64,000 nt of DNA. Source: an uncultured delta proteobacterium. GTDB lineage: Bacteria; Desulfobacterota; Binatia; Binatales; Binataceae. Position 1 is the first letter of the stretch. Each line of letters begins with the position of its first letter. The notes under the pieces are model-generated. The model had not been told where the DNA came from, searched no databases, and was given only the letters and a program-made list of their open reading frames with translations. Made by a program: the position numbers and the translations under genes. Shown one piece after another: positions 8,706-18,431 of the stretch. The stretch spans positions 141,572 through 205,571 of the forward strand of contig CAVOUW010000001.1 of the NCBI GenBank assembly GCA_963699705.1, read 5' to 3'.

Positions 8706-9962
8706 ATGGCAACCGAGCGTTTCACTTTTCCCGCGAATTTTCTTTGGGGCACCGCGACCGCCGCTCATCAAGTCGAGGGCAACAACGTCAACAGCGACTA
8801 CTGGCTTCTCGAGCATACGCCGGGGTCGCCGTTCTTCGAACCGTCGGGCGACGCGTGCGATCAGTATCATCTATACGCCGACGACATCGCGATGCTCGCG
8901 CGGCTCGGCTTCAACTCCTATCGCTTCTCGATCGAATGGGCCCGCGTCGAGCCGGAGCGTGGCGAGTTCTCACGCGCAGCGCTCGACCATTACCGGCGCG
9001 TGCTCGCATGCTGCCACGAGCACAAGATAACACCGGTCGTAACGTTTCATCATTTCACCTCGCCGCGATGGGTTACCGGCGACGGCGGATGGGAAGACAA
9101 AAGAACCGCCGAACTGTTCGCGAGATACTGCGAGCGCGCGGCGGCGCATCTCGGCGATCTGATCGGCGTCGCATGCACGATCAACGAGGCCAACCTCGGC
9201 GCCTACCAGTATCTGGTCGGCACGCTGCCGTTGAAGCTCGACCCGGAGCGCTTGCCATGGCTCTCAGACGCGGCCCGTCGTATCGGCGCCGATCCAAATC
9301 GTTTCGCGCCATTCCTGATGTGCGATCAGATGAACGCGCGCGACGTGATGCTCGAAGCGCATCGCCTTAGCACCGCGGCGCTGAAATCGTCGCGCGGCAA
9401 ATATCCAGTCGGAATTTGCCTCGCACTCGGAGATCTCCAGGCCATGCCCGGCGGCGAACAGCGTCGCGATCGGATCAAGGCCGAATGCCAGGATATTTTC
9501 TACGAAGCAGCGCGCGGCGACGATTTTGTTGGCGTCCAGACCTACACGCGCAACCGCATCAGCGCCGACGGCACGCTGCGCCCGGAACCCGGCGTCGAGA
9601 CCACGTTGATGGGTTACGAATTCTGGCCTGAAGCGCTCGAAGCGAACATCCGCCAGGCCAGCGCAGTCGCAAAAGTGCCGATCATTGTCACCGAGAACGG
9701 AATTGGCACCGACAAGGACGATCGCCGAATCGAGTACGTGCGCCGCGCCCTTAACGGTGTCGCGCGATGCGTCCGCGACGGCATCGACGTGCGCGGCTAC
9801 TTCTACTGGTCGCTGCTGGACAACTATGAATGGAACTCCGGCTACCGCCCAACCTTCGGACTGGTCGCGGTGGATCGTACGACTCAAGCGCGATCGATCA
9901 AGCCGAGTGCAGAATGGCTAGGCAACATCGCCCGCGCCAACGCGATGGATATCACCGACTGA
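8706..9962 (+). CDS. glycoside hydrolase family 1 beta-glucosidase
   Basis: 418 aa. It has the GH1 N-terminus FPANFLWGTATAAHQVEG, the acid/base TINEAN and the nucleophile IVTENGIG. Confidence 0.9.
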   Translation: MATERFTFPANFLWGTATAAHQVEGNNVNSDYWLLEHTPGSPFFEPSGDACDQYHLYADDIAMLARLGFNSYRFSIEWARVEPERGEFSRAALDHYRRVLACCHEHKITPVVTFHHFTSPRWVTGDGGWEDKRTAELFARYCERAAAHLGDLIGVACTINEANLGAYQYLVGTLPLKLDPERLPWLSDAARRIGADPNRFAPFLMCDQMNARDVMLEAHRLSTAALKSSRGKYPVGICLALGDLQAMPGGEQRRDRIKAECQDIFYEAARGDDFVGVQTYTRNRISADGTLRPEPGVETTLMGYEFWPEALEANIRQASAVAKVPIIVTENGIGTDKDDRRIEYVRRALNGVARCVRDGIDVRGYFYWSLLDNYEWNSGYRPTFGLVAVDRTTQARSIKPSAEWLGNIARANAMDITD

Positions 9963-9969
9963 CCAACTC

Positions 9970-10020
9970 TTAAATCCGGTTCCCCTTCCCGCGCGGGAAG
10001 GGGTTAGGGGTTAGGTTCTT
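9970..10020. repeat. module-A palindromic repeat (GGTTCCCCTTCCC-gcgc-GGGAAGGGGTTAGGGGTTAGGTTC)
   Basis: A 9-bp perfect stem with a 4-nt loop sits between the convergent GH1 and nth genes. On the opposite strand it supplies the last codons (EPNP) and the TAA stop of the nth ORF. Confidence 0.85.
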
Positions 10021-10684
10021 TGCGCCGCACCTTCCCCACGCCAATCCGCGGGCAATCGTTCGCGAATGCGCACACCTCGCACTGCGGCTTGCGCGCGATG
10101 CAAATCTGCCGGCCGTGCAGGATCAGCCGCATCGAGAATGGCGTCCAATCTTTCGGCGGCAGGATTTTCTGCATGTCGATCTCGATCTTCGCGGGATCAG
10201 TGTCCTTCGTGAATCCCAGCCGATACGTCAGCCGGCGCACGTGCGTATCGACCACGAACCCCGGCCGGCCGAAAACATGCCCGAGGATCACGTTCGCGGT
10301 CTTGCGCCCCACGCCCGGAATTTTCACCAGCGCGTCCATCTCGGACGGAACCTCGCCGCCGTAATCCTCGACAATCTTCTTCGCCGCGCCCATCAGCGAG
10401 CGCGTCTTCTGCCGAAAGAATCCGGTCCTGACGATTAACTCTTCGACGTGTCGCGGATCGGCCGCCGCCATCGCGCGCGCGTCTGGATACTCTTTGAATA
10501 GTCGCGGCGTTACCAGATTGACGCCGACGTCGGTGGACTGTGCGGAAAGAATCGTCGCCGCCAGGCATTGCCACGGCGTTTCGAAATCAAGGCTGATGCG
10601 CGCCTCGGGATAGAGCTTCGCCAGCCCGCGCGAGACGCGGCCTGCGCGCTTCTTCAAATCCGCGATCGATTCGCGCGCCGCCAT
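10004..10684 (-). CDS. nth: endonuclease III (Nth)
   Basis: 226 aa. It has the HhH-GPD motif (VKIPGVGRKTANVIL) and the 4Fe-4S cluster CxxxxxxCxxCxxxxxC (CIARKPQCEVCAFANDC). Confidence 0.92.
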   Translation of the reverse strand: MAARESIADLKKRAGRVSRGLAKLYPEARISLDFETPWQCLAATILSAQSTDVGVNLVTPRLFKEYPDARAMAAADPRHVEELIVRTGFFRQKTRSLMGAAKKIVEDYGGEVPSEMDALVKIPGVGRKTANVILGHVFGRPGFVVDTHVRRLTYRLGFTKDTDPAKIEIDMQKILPPKDWTPFSMRLILHGRQICIARKPQCEVCAFANDCPRIGVGKVRRKEPNP

Positions 10685-10697
10685 GGTTGTTCAATGC

Positions 10698-12329
10698 TTA
10701 CGCGACGACGCGCCGGCTCTGCTGCTCATGCGTGAAGCTCGCGACTTCGGCAGTCTCGCGCGCGCGATCCCATCCGAGCTCGGCCGCCATTATGCGCGCG
10801 ACTGCCGATGCCGCCGCTTCCGCTTCGACTGGCGATCGCCACGACAGCGACGTGCGCCGAATCAGAAAGTCGCCGACCGAATGCGCCATCTCATTGCCGA
10901 CCGCGTTGACGACCTCTGCTCCAATCGCCGGACAGTTGCGCGACAGCGGCTCGGCCAGCTCCGGCCGACGGGCCGCAATTCTTGCAATGATCGGCGCGCG
11001 GGTTCCATAACGCGCTTTCAGAATTTCCGCTGACGCGGCCGAAATACTTCGCATTGAGATCGTCGCGCCGCCACCAGAGTTGTCGCCGTCTGCGAGCGGA
11101 CGCGCGCCGGGAAATGGAGTCGTGAGCGTCGGGCAAACTCCCACTCGACGTCCCAATCCTTTCATCACTCGATCGACAATCTTCTGCGCAATCGCGCGAT
11201 GCGTGGTGAACTTTCCGCCGGCGACTGTGATTAGTCCCGACGTGCTTTCTAAAATAACTTCCTCGCGCGGCACCGACGACGGCGCTTCCTTGTCTTCCCT
11301 GACAAGAGCGCGCAGCCCCGCGAAACTAGTCGCCACGTCGGCGTTGGTTAGTTTGATTCCCGGCAGGCTCTCGGCCAGCACCGCGATCAGATATTCGACG
11401 TCGCCAATTTCCGTCCTGACGTTCGCGGGATCGGCGGCAAAATCCGTGTCGGTCGTACCCACCAGCACGTAGCGGTCATGCGGCATGACGAACACGATTC
11501 GCCCGCGCTCGTCGGCCAGCACGATCGATTCGCGCACCGGCAGAATCGTCCGTGCAAACACCAGGTGCACGCCCTTGGTCAATCGCACGCACGGCTTTGA
11601 GGCGGGATCGTCCATCCGGCGTATGTCGTCCACCCACGGGCCGGTCGCGTTCAGGAATTTTTTCGCACGAATTTCGCCGACGGCGCCGCCGATCAGATCG
11701 CGCACGCTCGCCGACGCGATCTTTCCGTCGATGAGGCCGAAACTTTCGACCGCCGTGTAGTTCGCGACCGCCGCGCCGTGCAAATCCGCGTCGAGCACGT
11801 TCTCGAAGGTCACGCGCGCATCGTCGGCCCACGCGTCGAAGTACATCGCGCCTCCGGTCAACCCTTCGCGGCTGAGCGCGGGCTCGGTCTCGCGCACCTC
11901 GGACGCATTCAGACTCGAATGCCACTCCTTGAACGGCATCCGTGCGAACAGGTCGTACAGCGTCAGTCCCATCGACATCGTGAACCGATTGAACCCGCGC
12001 CGGCGGTAAACCGGAAACAGAAATTGAATCGAATGCACCAAATGCGGCGCGGTCCGATGCCGCAATCGCTCCCGCTCGCGCAGCGCTTCATACACGAGTT
12101 TGAACTGCCCCTGCGGGAGGTAACGGAAGCCGCCGTGGATCAACTTCGACGATCGCGACGAGGTGGCGCCGGCAAAATCGCCGCGGTCAATCAACGCGAC
12201 CTTCAAGCCGCGCATCGACGCGTCACGCGCGACCGCAGCGCCATTGATCCCCGCGCCGAATACCGCGAGATCGAATTCCTCGTCGCGGAATCGCGCCAGG
12301 CTCTTTTCACGATTGAGAGTAGCCGCCAA
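10698..12329 (-). CDS. glpD: FAD-dependent glycerol-3-phosphate dehydrogenase (GlpD)
   Basis: The track ORF extends to 12398 and overlaps the upstream gene. The FAD fold FDLAVFGAGINGAAVARDAS.RGLKVALI...SSRSSKLIHGGFRYL aligns with the GlpD N-terminus. The true start is probably an internal TTG/GTG near 12329. The start is uncertain. Confidence 0.8.
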   Translation of the reverse strand: MAATLNREKSLARFRDEEFDLAVFGAGINGAAVARDASMRGLKVALIDRGDFAGATSSRSSKLIHGGFRYLPQGQFKLVYEALRERERLRHRTAPHLVHSIQFLFPVYRRRGFNRFTMSMGLTLYDLFARMPFKEWHSSLNASEVRETEPALSREGLTGGAMYFDAWADDARVTFENVLDADLHGAAVANYTAVESFGLIDGKIASASVRDLIGGAVGEIRAKKFLNATGPWVDDIRRMDDPASKPCVRLTKGVHLVFARTILPVRESIVLADERGRIVFVMPHDRYVLVGTTDTDFAADPANVRTEIGDVEYLIAVLAESLPGIKLTNADVATSFAGLRALVREDKEAPSSVPREEVILESTSGLITVAGGKFTTHRAIAQKIVDRVMKGLGRRVGVCPTLTTPFPGARPLADGDNSGGGATISMRSISAASAEILKARYGTRAPIIARIAARRPELAEPLSRNCPAIGAEVVNAVGNEMAHSVGDFLIRRTSLSWRSPVEAEAAASAVARIMAAELGWDRARETAEVASFTHEQQSRRVVA

Positions 12330-12342
12330 CGAATCCGACCGA

Positions 12343-12948
12343 TCAGTCTTCCGGATCTTCCTGGAACGAATAGCGCTCTTCGGTCCAGGGATCGGCATGG
12401 TTGTGATAGCCGCGCACTTCCCAGAATCCGCGCCGATCGATATCTGTAAATTCGATCGCGCGCACCCATTTTGCGCTCTTCCATCCGTAGAGCTTCGGCA
12501 CGATCAGCCGCAGCGGAAATCCGTGGTCAAGCTCGAGATCGCGCCCATCATGCCGATGCGCGAGCATCACATCGTCGGCGAGAAATTCATTTAACGGCAG
12601 GTTGGTCGTGTAATCACCGTCGCAATGGATAATCACGTGACGCGCTTCAGGACTCAGCTTCACCAGCTTCATCAGATCGACAATCCGGACGCCTTCCCAC
12701 GCATTGTCGAGCCGCGACCAGGTCGTCACACAATGAAAATCGGCGACCTCGCGCGACTGGGGCAGTGCGCGAAATTCTTCGTACGAAAATCGCAGCGGCT
12801 TCTCGAGCAGTCCAACTACTTTGAAATCCCAGGTTTTGGGATCGAAATGCGGAGTGGGACCGTAGGTCAGCACGGGAAATTTGTCGGTGAGGATTTGTCC
12901 TGGCGGGACCCGCGCGGCAAGGTCCTGCGAGGTGAGCGGCTTTGCCAT
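12343..12948 (-). CDS. molybdopterin-dependent oxidoreductase, sulfite-oxidase / MsrP(YedY)-like catalytic domain
   Basis: 201 aa. Motifs ...FHCVTTWSRLDNAWEGV... and ...LRLIVPKLYGWKSAKWV... are characteristic of the SO/YedY Moco-binding fold. No signal peptide is seen. Confidence 0.7.
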   Translation of the reverse strand: MAKPLTSQDLAARVPPGQILTDKFPVLTYGPTPHFDPKTWDFKVVGLLEKPLRFSYEEFRALPQSREVADFHCVTTWSRLDNAWEGVRIVDLMKLVKLSPEARHVIIHCDGDYTTNLPLNEFLADDVMLAHRHDGRDLELDHGFPLRLIVPKLYGWKSAKWVRAIEFTDIDRRGFWEVRGYHNHADPWTEERYSFQEDPED

Positions 12949-13014
12949 GATGGGTGACTATTATCTGACGGATAGATCTGGCGAAAGGGTCCATGTCGCG
13001 AAGTGAATCGCGCT

Positions 13015-13235
13015 CACGCGCGAAGAACCTAACCCCTAATCCCCTTCCGCGCGGGAAGGGGAACCAGAGAGTTTCATTTGGAGCGCGCCGCCTATCCCCC
13101 ACGCCCCCCTTTCATGAAAAGGGGAACAGAAAAGAGGCGGCGCGTTCTATCTTTCAACTTTTAACACTGGGTGCAGGGGTCACCCCTGCCGAAGGAAGCG
13201 TGAAACCCACCGCGGGTTTCACATTCAATTAGTGA
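13015..13235. repeat. composite mosaic repeat (modules A-B-C, reverse orientation)
   Basis: 13025-13065 is an A unit (CCTAACCCCTAATCCCCTTCC-gcgc-GGGAAGGGGAACC). 13085-13130 is a B-like unit (CCTATCCCCCACGCCCCCCTTTC-atga-AAAGGGGAAC). 13181-13232 is a C unit (GGTGCAGGGGTCACCCCTGCCGAAGGAAG-cg-TGAAACCCACCGCGGGTTTCA). The same three modules occur in the opposite order at 26268-26445 and 53655-53900. Confidence 0.85.
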
Positions 13236-14294
13236 TAACCCTTCCCTCACCCGCGCGACATCGCCTTGACGATTGCCGCTCGTTACCTCGCTCGTTGATG
13301 CTTTCCCGCCTACGTCGCGGGTCAGGACTTTGCCCGCGCGCAGCACCGACGCTGTTGCCGCGCGGATTTTGTCGCCGGCACTGCGATGTCCCAAATAGTC
13401 GAGCATCATCGCACTCGACAGGATCATCGCGATCGGATTCGCGACGCCTTTGCCCGCGATATCCGGCGCCGTCCCGTGCACCGCTTCGAAAATCGCGCCC
13501 TTGTCGCCGTAGTTCGCGCCCGGCACGAGTCCCAATCCTCCCACCAGCCCCGCGCACAAATCCGAAACGATATCGCCGTAGAGATTTTCCAGCAGCAGCA
13601 CGTCGAAAGATTCCGGATGCGTCACCAACCGCATGCAGGCCGCGTCAACGATTTGCTCCTGGTAGCGAATTTCCTTGTAGCCGGTTGATACCGCGCGCGC
13701 GCATTTCAAGAACAGGCCGTCCGATAGCTTCATTATGTTGGCTTTATGAATGGCGGTGACCGATTTGCGCCGATGCGTCCGCGCGTAGTCGAACGCGAAT
13801 TTCGCGATTCGCCGAGACGCGCGCGCCGTGATTACCTTGATACTCTCGACCACGCCGGGCGCGATCTCGTGCTCGATTCCCGAATACAGGTCCTCGGTAT
13901 TCTCGCGCACGACGATCAGATCGACGTTGCTGAACGGCGTATGCACTCCCGCAAAATTCATCGTCGGGCGCACGTTGGCGTAGAGGTCGAAGGTGCGCCG
14001 CAGATACACGTTGATCGAGCGCCATCCCTCGGCCACGCGCGTCTCGAGCGGCCCCTTGAGCGCGACTCCGGTACGTTTGAGCGATTTGATAAGCGCATCG
14101 GGCACTGGAGTTCCGAAGCGTCGAAACGCGTTCATCCCCGCCGCTTGGCGATCCCAAGCGATCGCGACGCCGGTCGCCTCGATCACCGCCAGCGCCGCGT
14201 TCACCACTTCCGGCCCGACCCCATCACCGGGAATCAACGTCACCGCGCGAGGGTGATTTTTCTGCGAGGCCGTAGTCTGGCTCTTCTTCTTCAA
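13161..14294 (-). CDS. isocitrate/isopropylmalate dehydrogenase family enzyme (NAD-IDH-like; could be tartrate/D-malate dehydrogenase)
   Basis: 377 aa. [12 protein letters not shown]...[20 protein letters not shown] is the ICDH/IPMDH fold. The last ~25 residues ([21 protein letters not shown]) are a read-through of the module-C repeat. The true C-terminus is probably earlier, or the repeat provides the stop. Confidence 0.8.
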   Translation of the reverse strand: MKKKSQTTASQKNHPRAVTLIPGDGVGPEVVNAALAVIEATGVAIAWDRQAAGMNAFRRFGTPVPDALIKSLKRTGVALKGPLETRVAEGWRSINVYLRRTFDLYANVRPTMNFAGVHTPFSNVDLIVVRENTEDLYSGIEHEIAPGVVESIKVITARASRRIAKFAFDYARTHRRKSVTAIHKANIMKLSDGLFLKCARAVSTGYKEIRYQEQIVDAACMRLVTHPESFDVLLLENLYGDIVSDLCAGLVGGLGLVPGANYGDKGAIFEAVHGTAPDIAGKGVANPIAMILSSAMMLDYLGHRSAGDKIRAATASVLRAGKVLTRDVGGKASTSEVTSGNRQGDVARVREGLSLIECETRGGFHASFGRGDPCTQC

Positions 14295-15620
14295 CTAGTA
14301 GTTCACCAGCCCGACGAAAATGTCGCTAACGTTTGTCCCGCTCGGTCCTGTAACGAACAGTCCGCCCGACGCCTTGAAAAAGTTGTATGCGTCGTTGCGC
14401 GTCAATGCGGTCGCGGCGCTGACTCCAGCGCGCTCGCCTTCGACGATCGCCTCTGGCGACCCGAATGCGCCGGCGGCGTCGGTCGGCCCATCGATTCCGT
14501 CGGTGCCCGCGACCAGCGCCTCTACTCGACGCCCACCCCCGATTCGCGACAGTTCGATGCTCATCGCGAGTGCGCATTGCTGCGCGCGTCCGCCCTTCCC
14601 TGCTCCGCTCACCGTCACGACCGGCTCGCCGCCCGCCACCACGCACACCCGCTCCTGTGTGATCCCGCACATGTACTCCGCGAGGGCGCGACCCGCATCG
14701 TTCGCCTCGCCATGCAGCGGCTTCCCTCGATGAGGGTGATAGCCCAATGCGGCCGCGGCGCGCTCAGCCCCCTCCAGAGCCAGGTTGTTGTCGCCAATGA
14801 TTACGTTGGTCACGCGCTCGAGGATCGGATCTCCGACCTTCACCGTCGCGCCGACTTCGCCCGCCACCGCCCTCTCGAGATACGCACGCACTGGCTCCGG
14901 CGCGCGTCCCCACACGCTGCGTCGCTTGAGTACCGCGACCGCATCGCCGACGCTGCTCCAGTCGCCCGCAGTCAGCCCCGATCCGATGGTCGCCAAATCG
15001 TTGCCCGGCACATCTGACAGAATCAGGCCGAGCACGCGCGCGCCGCCGCAATGGCGCAGCAGTCGCCCGCCTTTCACCGCCGACAGATGGCGCCGCACTA
15101 TATTGAGTTCGCGAATCGACGCGCCTCCCTTGAGCAGCGCCTGGTTGATCGCAATCTTGTCCGCAAGCGTGAGCCCTTCAGCCGGCATCGTGAACATCGC
15201 CGACGCGCCGCCGCTGATTGCAACGATCACCAAGTCGTCCGTAGTCGCGCCATGGAGCATCTCGCACCCGAGCCGCGCAGCCTCCTCCGACGACTCGTCC
15301 GGCACCGGATGACCCGCTCCTCTTTTTAGTATTAGGGCCGGCTCCGTTGTCGCCGCGGATCCTTGCGGGATTATTGCGAGACCATTGACCAGCTTGCCGC
15401 CGATTCGTCGCTCGATCTCGTGTGCCATCGCAAGCGCCGCCTTGCCCACCGCAAGCAGCAGGATTCGCGACGCACCTGCAATCAATTCCGGAACCTGCTC
15501 TGCGCCTGGACAGCCACCGTCCATCGCGCGGCCGACCAGCCGCGCCGGATCAACCGCCGCAACCGCAGCGCGATAAATCTTTTCAAGGTCCGCCCGCGCC
15601 TGTAGCAGAGTGACGGGCAT
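14295..15620 (-). CDS. glycerate kinase (MOFRL family, glycerate 2-kinase / TtuD-like)
   Basis: 441 aa. The DUF4147 N-domain and the MOFRL C-domain (AGTDGIDGPTDAAGAF) are present. The stop directly abuts the start of the downstream dehydrogenase (14295/14294). Confidence 0.8.
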   Translation of the reverse strand: MPVTLLQARADLEKIYRAAVAAVDPARLVGRAMDGGCPGAEQVPELIAGASRILLLAVGKAALAMAHEIERRIGGKLVNGLAIIPQGSAATTEPALILKRGAGHPVPDESSEEAARLGCEMLHGATTDDLVIVAISGGASAMFTMPAEGLTLADKIAINQALLKGGASIRELNIVRRHLSAVKGGRLLRHCGGARVLGLILSDVPGNDLATIGSGLTAGDWSSVGDAVAVLKRRSVWGRAPEPVRAYLERAVAGEVGATVKVGDPILERVTNVIIGDNNLALEGAERAAAALGYHPHRGKPLHGEANDAGRALAEYMCGITQERVCVVAGGEPVVTVSGAGKGGRAQQCALAMSIELSRIGGGRRVEALVAGTDGIDGPTDAAGAFGSPEAIVEGERAGVSAATALTRNDAYNFFKASGGLFVTGPSGTNVSDIFVGLVNY

Positions 15621-15622
15621 GG

Positions 15623-16297
15623 CTAATTCTTGAGCGTGCGAATCTTCTCCGACGCATCCGCCACCAGCACCACATCAGCCATCGCGACGAACAATCCGGT
15701 GCCGACCACTCCCGGAATTGCGAGCAACTCGCGATCAACCCTCGCCGGACTCGCGATTGTCTTCACCGCGCAGTCGAGAATCAGGTTGCCGTTGTCGGTG
15801 ATGAACTCCTTGCCTTCGCTTTCGCGAACCCGCGGCTTCATCCCCATCGCTTTGATCTTCGCACTCACCAGCGGCACTCCGAACGGCACCACTTCGATCG
15901 GGATACTCCCGCGATCGCCCAGCCGCTTCACAATCTTCTCGTAACCGACCAGCACCACGAACCGCCGCGACGATGCCGCCACGATTTTTTCGCGCACCAG
16001 CGCGCCGCCGTATCCCTTGATCAGATTGAGCCGCGAATCGACCTCGTCAGCCCCGTCGAAATCAGTGTCGATCTTCCCAGCCTCAGCCAGCGTGACAATC
16101 GGGATCCCCACCGAGCGCGCCAACTCCTCAGCCGGGGTCGAAGTAGGCACGCCTCGCACATCGATTCCGCTAGCTCCCAGAGCCCGAATGAACGCACTAG
16201 CCGCACGCCCAGTCCCCAGACCAATCGTATGCCCCGGCTTAACAAACCGAAGCGCATACTGCCCAAGCGCCTCCAGCGATGCGTCGTCAGCAGGCAT
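15623..16297 (-). CDS. rpiA: ribose-5-phosphate isomerase A
   Basis: 224 aa. GLGTGRAASAFI...DGADEVD...KGYGGALVREKIV is the RpiA signature. Confidence 0.9.
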   Translation of the reverse strand: MPADDASLEALGQYALRFVKPGHTIGLGTGRAASAFIRALGASGIDVRGVPTSTPAEELARSVGIPIVTLAEAGKIDTDFDGADEVDSRLNLIKGYGGALVREKIVAASSRRFVVLVGYEKIVKRLGDRGSIPIEVVPFGVPLVSAKIKAMGMKPRVRESEGKEFITDNGNLILDCAVKTIASPARVDRELLAIPGVVGTGLFVAMADVVLVADASEKIRTLKN

Positions 16298-16520
16298 CAG
16301 CTAATCCTAAGTGCGCGCGTGGCCAACGCCGGACGCCAGAGCGTCCGTCGAGATTCTTCGCTCCAGCAGCCTCCGCTCGGAATGACGCGGGTGGTTGCGC
16401 GCTGCTTTTGTGGTCCTTTTTTTGTGTCATCCTGAGCGCAGCGAAGGATCTCGCGCACCCCGGCGCGTTTTGCCGCAACGTGATCGCAAGATAAGTTGTT
16501 CGCAGAGGAATCGAACGGCA

Positions 16521-16733
16521 TCATCGGCTCGGTCTGCGAGCGCGGCGCATCGCAGCGAGGTCACCCTCCCAGCGGAGTTGGCCACGCGCCGAGCGTATCA
16601 GCTTCTCTCGCTCCGCTGTCAGACGCACCATGATTTCGAGCGCGCGCTGGACAGTCGCGCTCTTCGTGCGCGCACCCGATACGCGCATAGCCTGCTTCAT
16701 CAGGCTCTCGTCAATATCGATAGTCGTCCGCAC
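16521..16733 (-). CDS. type II toxin-antitoxin system VapB-family antitoxin (DUF2191-like); the partner toxin is not intact
   Basis: The last 70 aa of track ORF 16521..17024 (VRTTIDIDESLMKQAMRVSGARTKSATVQRALEIMVRLTAEREKLIRSARGQLRWEGDLAAMRRARR) match the RTTIDIDD...G.K.....AL.EL......L...RG....GDL..MR pattern of this antitoxin family. A GTG start is proposed at ~16733. The upstream 100 aa of the ORF look like non-coding read-through. Confidence 0.65.
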   Translation of the reverse strand: MRTTIDIDESLMKQAMRVSGARTKSATVQRALEIMVRLTAEREKLIRSARGQLRWEGDLAAMRRARRPSR

Positions 16734-16863
16734 ACTCACTCTGATTACTCGATTCGCGTTTCGTTCTCCTGAACTAAAGTACGTTTCACGTGAAACCCTT
16801 TCGCCTAAAAAGGCGAGCAAATCGGGGCTATCTCCTCCGAAAAAAGCGAAAACTGCGACGCCT

Positions 16864-17493
16864 TTACGGCTTGCCGTTGCGGAGCAATTGCATAAATTCC
16901 TGGCGCGTCTCCGTGTTGGTGCGGAATACGCCCAGCATCGCCGACGTCGTGACGAAGGAATTCTGCTTCTCGACTCCGCGCATCCGCATGCACAGATGCT
17001 CGGCCTCGAGCACCACCGCGACACCGAGCGGATCGATCTCCGACATCAGCGTCTGCGCGATTTGCGTGGTCAGTCGCTCCTGTACCTGCAGTCGTCGCGC
17101 ATAGATCTCGACCATCCGCGCCAGTTTCGAAATGCCAACGATTTTCCGATTCGGCAGATACGCGACATGCGCCTTGCCCATGAACGGCAACAGGTGATGC
17201 TCGCACAGCGAATAAAAATCCAGATCCCTGCACAGGATCATTTCCTGGTAGTCCTGCTCGGAGAACAGCGCGCCGTTGATTTCTTTCTTCGGGTCCTTGG
17301 CGTAGCCACTGGTCAGGAACTCATAAGCCTTGACGACGCGCGCCGGCGTGCGCTCGAGGCCCTCGCGATCCGGATCTTCACCGATATGCCGCAGGATGAC
17401 GCGGACCGCGTCTTCGACCTTTGCGCTGCCCGACGCGCCATTCTTGTCGGCGCCGGCTTTCGCTCGCGAACCATTTGCCTGGGTGCGGTTCAT
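16864..17493 (-). CDS. folE: GTP cyclohydrolase I (FolE)
   Basis: The core is ...[50 protein letters not shown]... (the FolE catalytic Cys/His region). The start is proposed at MNRTQ. Confidence 0.9.
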   Translation of the reverse strand: MNRTQANGSRAKAGADKNGASGSAKVEDAVRVILRHIGEDPDREGLERTPARVVKAYEFLTSGYAKDPKKEINGALFSEQDYQEMILCRDLDFYSLCEHHLLPFMGKAHVAYLPNRKIVGISKLARMVEIYARRLQVQERLTTQIAQTLMSEIDPLGVAVVLEAEHLCMRMRGVEKQNSFVTTSAMLGVFRTNTETRQEFMQLLRNGKP

Positions 17494-18392
17494 TTTGCGA
17501 TCTCCTTGCGCCACCGGCTGAACTCAAGCGCCAGCTCGATTGCGAGTGACGGGCCGCCGCCGCTCATGATGATGAACCCACTGGCGTCGCGAGCCAACGA
17601 CTTCATCAGCGCCAGGTTCTCGCGGATCGACATCGCGCGCACTTCTTCTTCGCTCATCCCGGCGAATCTGTCCAGATGGCTACGCGCGCCGCTCAGGTCC
17701 TTCACGCGGTCGATCAGGTAATTGGCCATCGCCTCGCGCTTAACCGGCAGGATTCCAAGCATCGTCATGACTCCGAGGCTGTTGGCTTTCGAGACGAAGC
17801 GACGCGCGGTCTCCGCGTCGAAGATCGGCTGCGTGATCACGAAGCGCGCGCCCGCCGCGGCCTTGCGCTCGAGCAGTTCGAACTCGCGGTCAATATTCTT
17901 GCGATTTGGATTCGCGACCGACCCCGCGACGATCGACGGAATCGTCTTGAGGAACTGCTTGCCCTCGCCGGTGTCGCCGCGATTCAGCGCGCCGACGATC
18001 GCGAGTAGTCCGTCTGCGTCGATATCGTGCGATACGATTACGTTGCCGTCGGCGCCGGGTGGAATCTTGTCGCCGTTCAGCGCGACCACTGCGTCGATCC
18101 CAATCGCCGCCGCGCCCAGCAAATCGGATTTCAGTGCGAAGCGATTGCGGTCGCGACACGATACGTTCAGCACCACCGGGATTTTCAAGCGCTCTTTGAT
18201 AGCAGCGCCAAAAACCAGCGACGACATTTTAACTTTGCCCAGCGCATTGTCGGTGAGGTTGATCGCATCGACGTGGCCGGCCAGTTCGGCCAGTCGCTTG
18301 AGCAGTGGAGTCGGATTGATTCCGCGCGGCGGCGACACTTCGAGCCACAACGCAGGCGCGGCGGCATTCAGGCTGTCGAGGATTGAGGGCAA
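17490..18392 (-). CDS. methylenetetrahydrofolate reductase family protein (MetF-like)
   Basis: 300 aa. It shows the MTHFR TIM-barrel pattern (...EVSPPRG...[12 protein letters not shown]..., IIMSGGGP). It is adjacent to folE. Confidence 0.7.
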   Translation of the reverse strand: MPSILDSLNAAAPALWLEVSPPRGINPTPLLKRLAELAGHVDAINLTDNALGKVKMSSLVFGAAIKERLKIPVVLNVSCRDRNRFALKSDLLGAAAIGIDAVVALNGDKIPPGADGNVIVSHDIDADGLLAIVGALNRGDTGEGKQFLKTIPSIVAGSVANPNRKNIDREFELLERKAAAGARFVITQPIFDAETARRFVSKANSLGVMTMLGILPVKREAMANYLIDRVKDLSGARSHLDRFAGMSEEEVRAMSIRENLALMKSLARDASGFIIMSGGGPSLAIELALEFSRWRKEIAK

Positions 18393-18431
18393 CGGATTTC
18401 TCCGCGGATTGCGCGAATCAGTCTGCGATCA

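Noticed and set aside
12993-13232. Small ORFs inside repeat elements (e.g. 12993..13232, 26289..26495, 41615..41869, 53843..54088)
   Set aside because: They are translations of the palindromic repeat modules (recurring PFPRGKG/GKGNR peptides), not genes.
13746-15017. 423-aa plus-strand ORF
   Set aside because: It is antisense to the IDH-family and glycerate kinase genes.
16630-17721. 363-aa plus-strand ORF
   Set aside because: It is antisense to folE and the metF-like gene.
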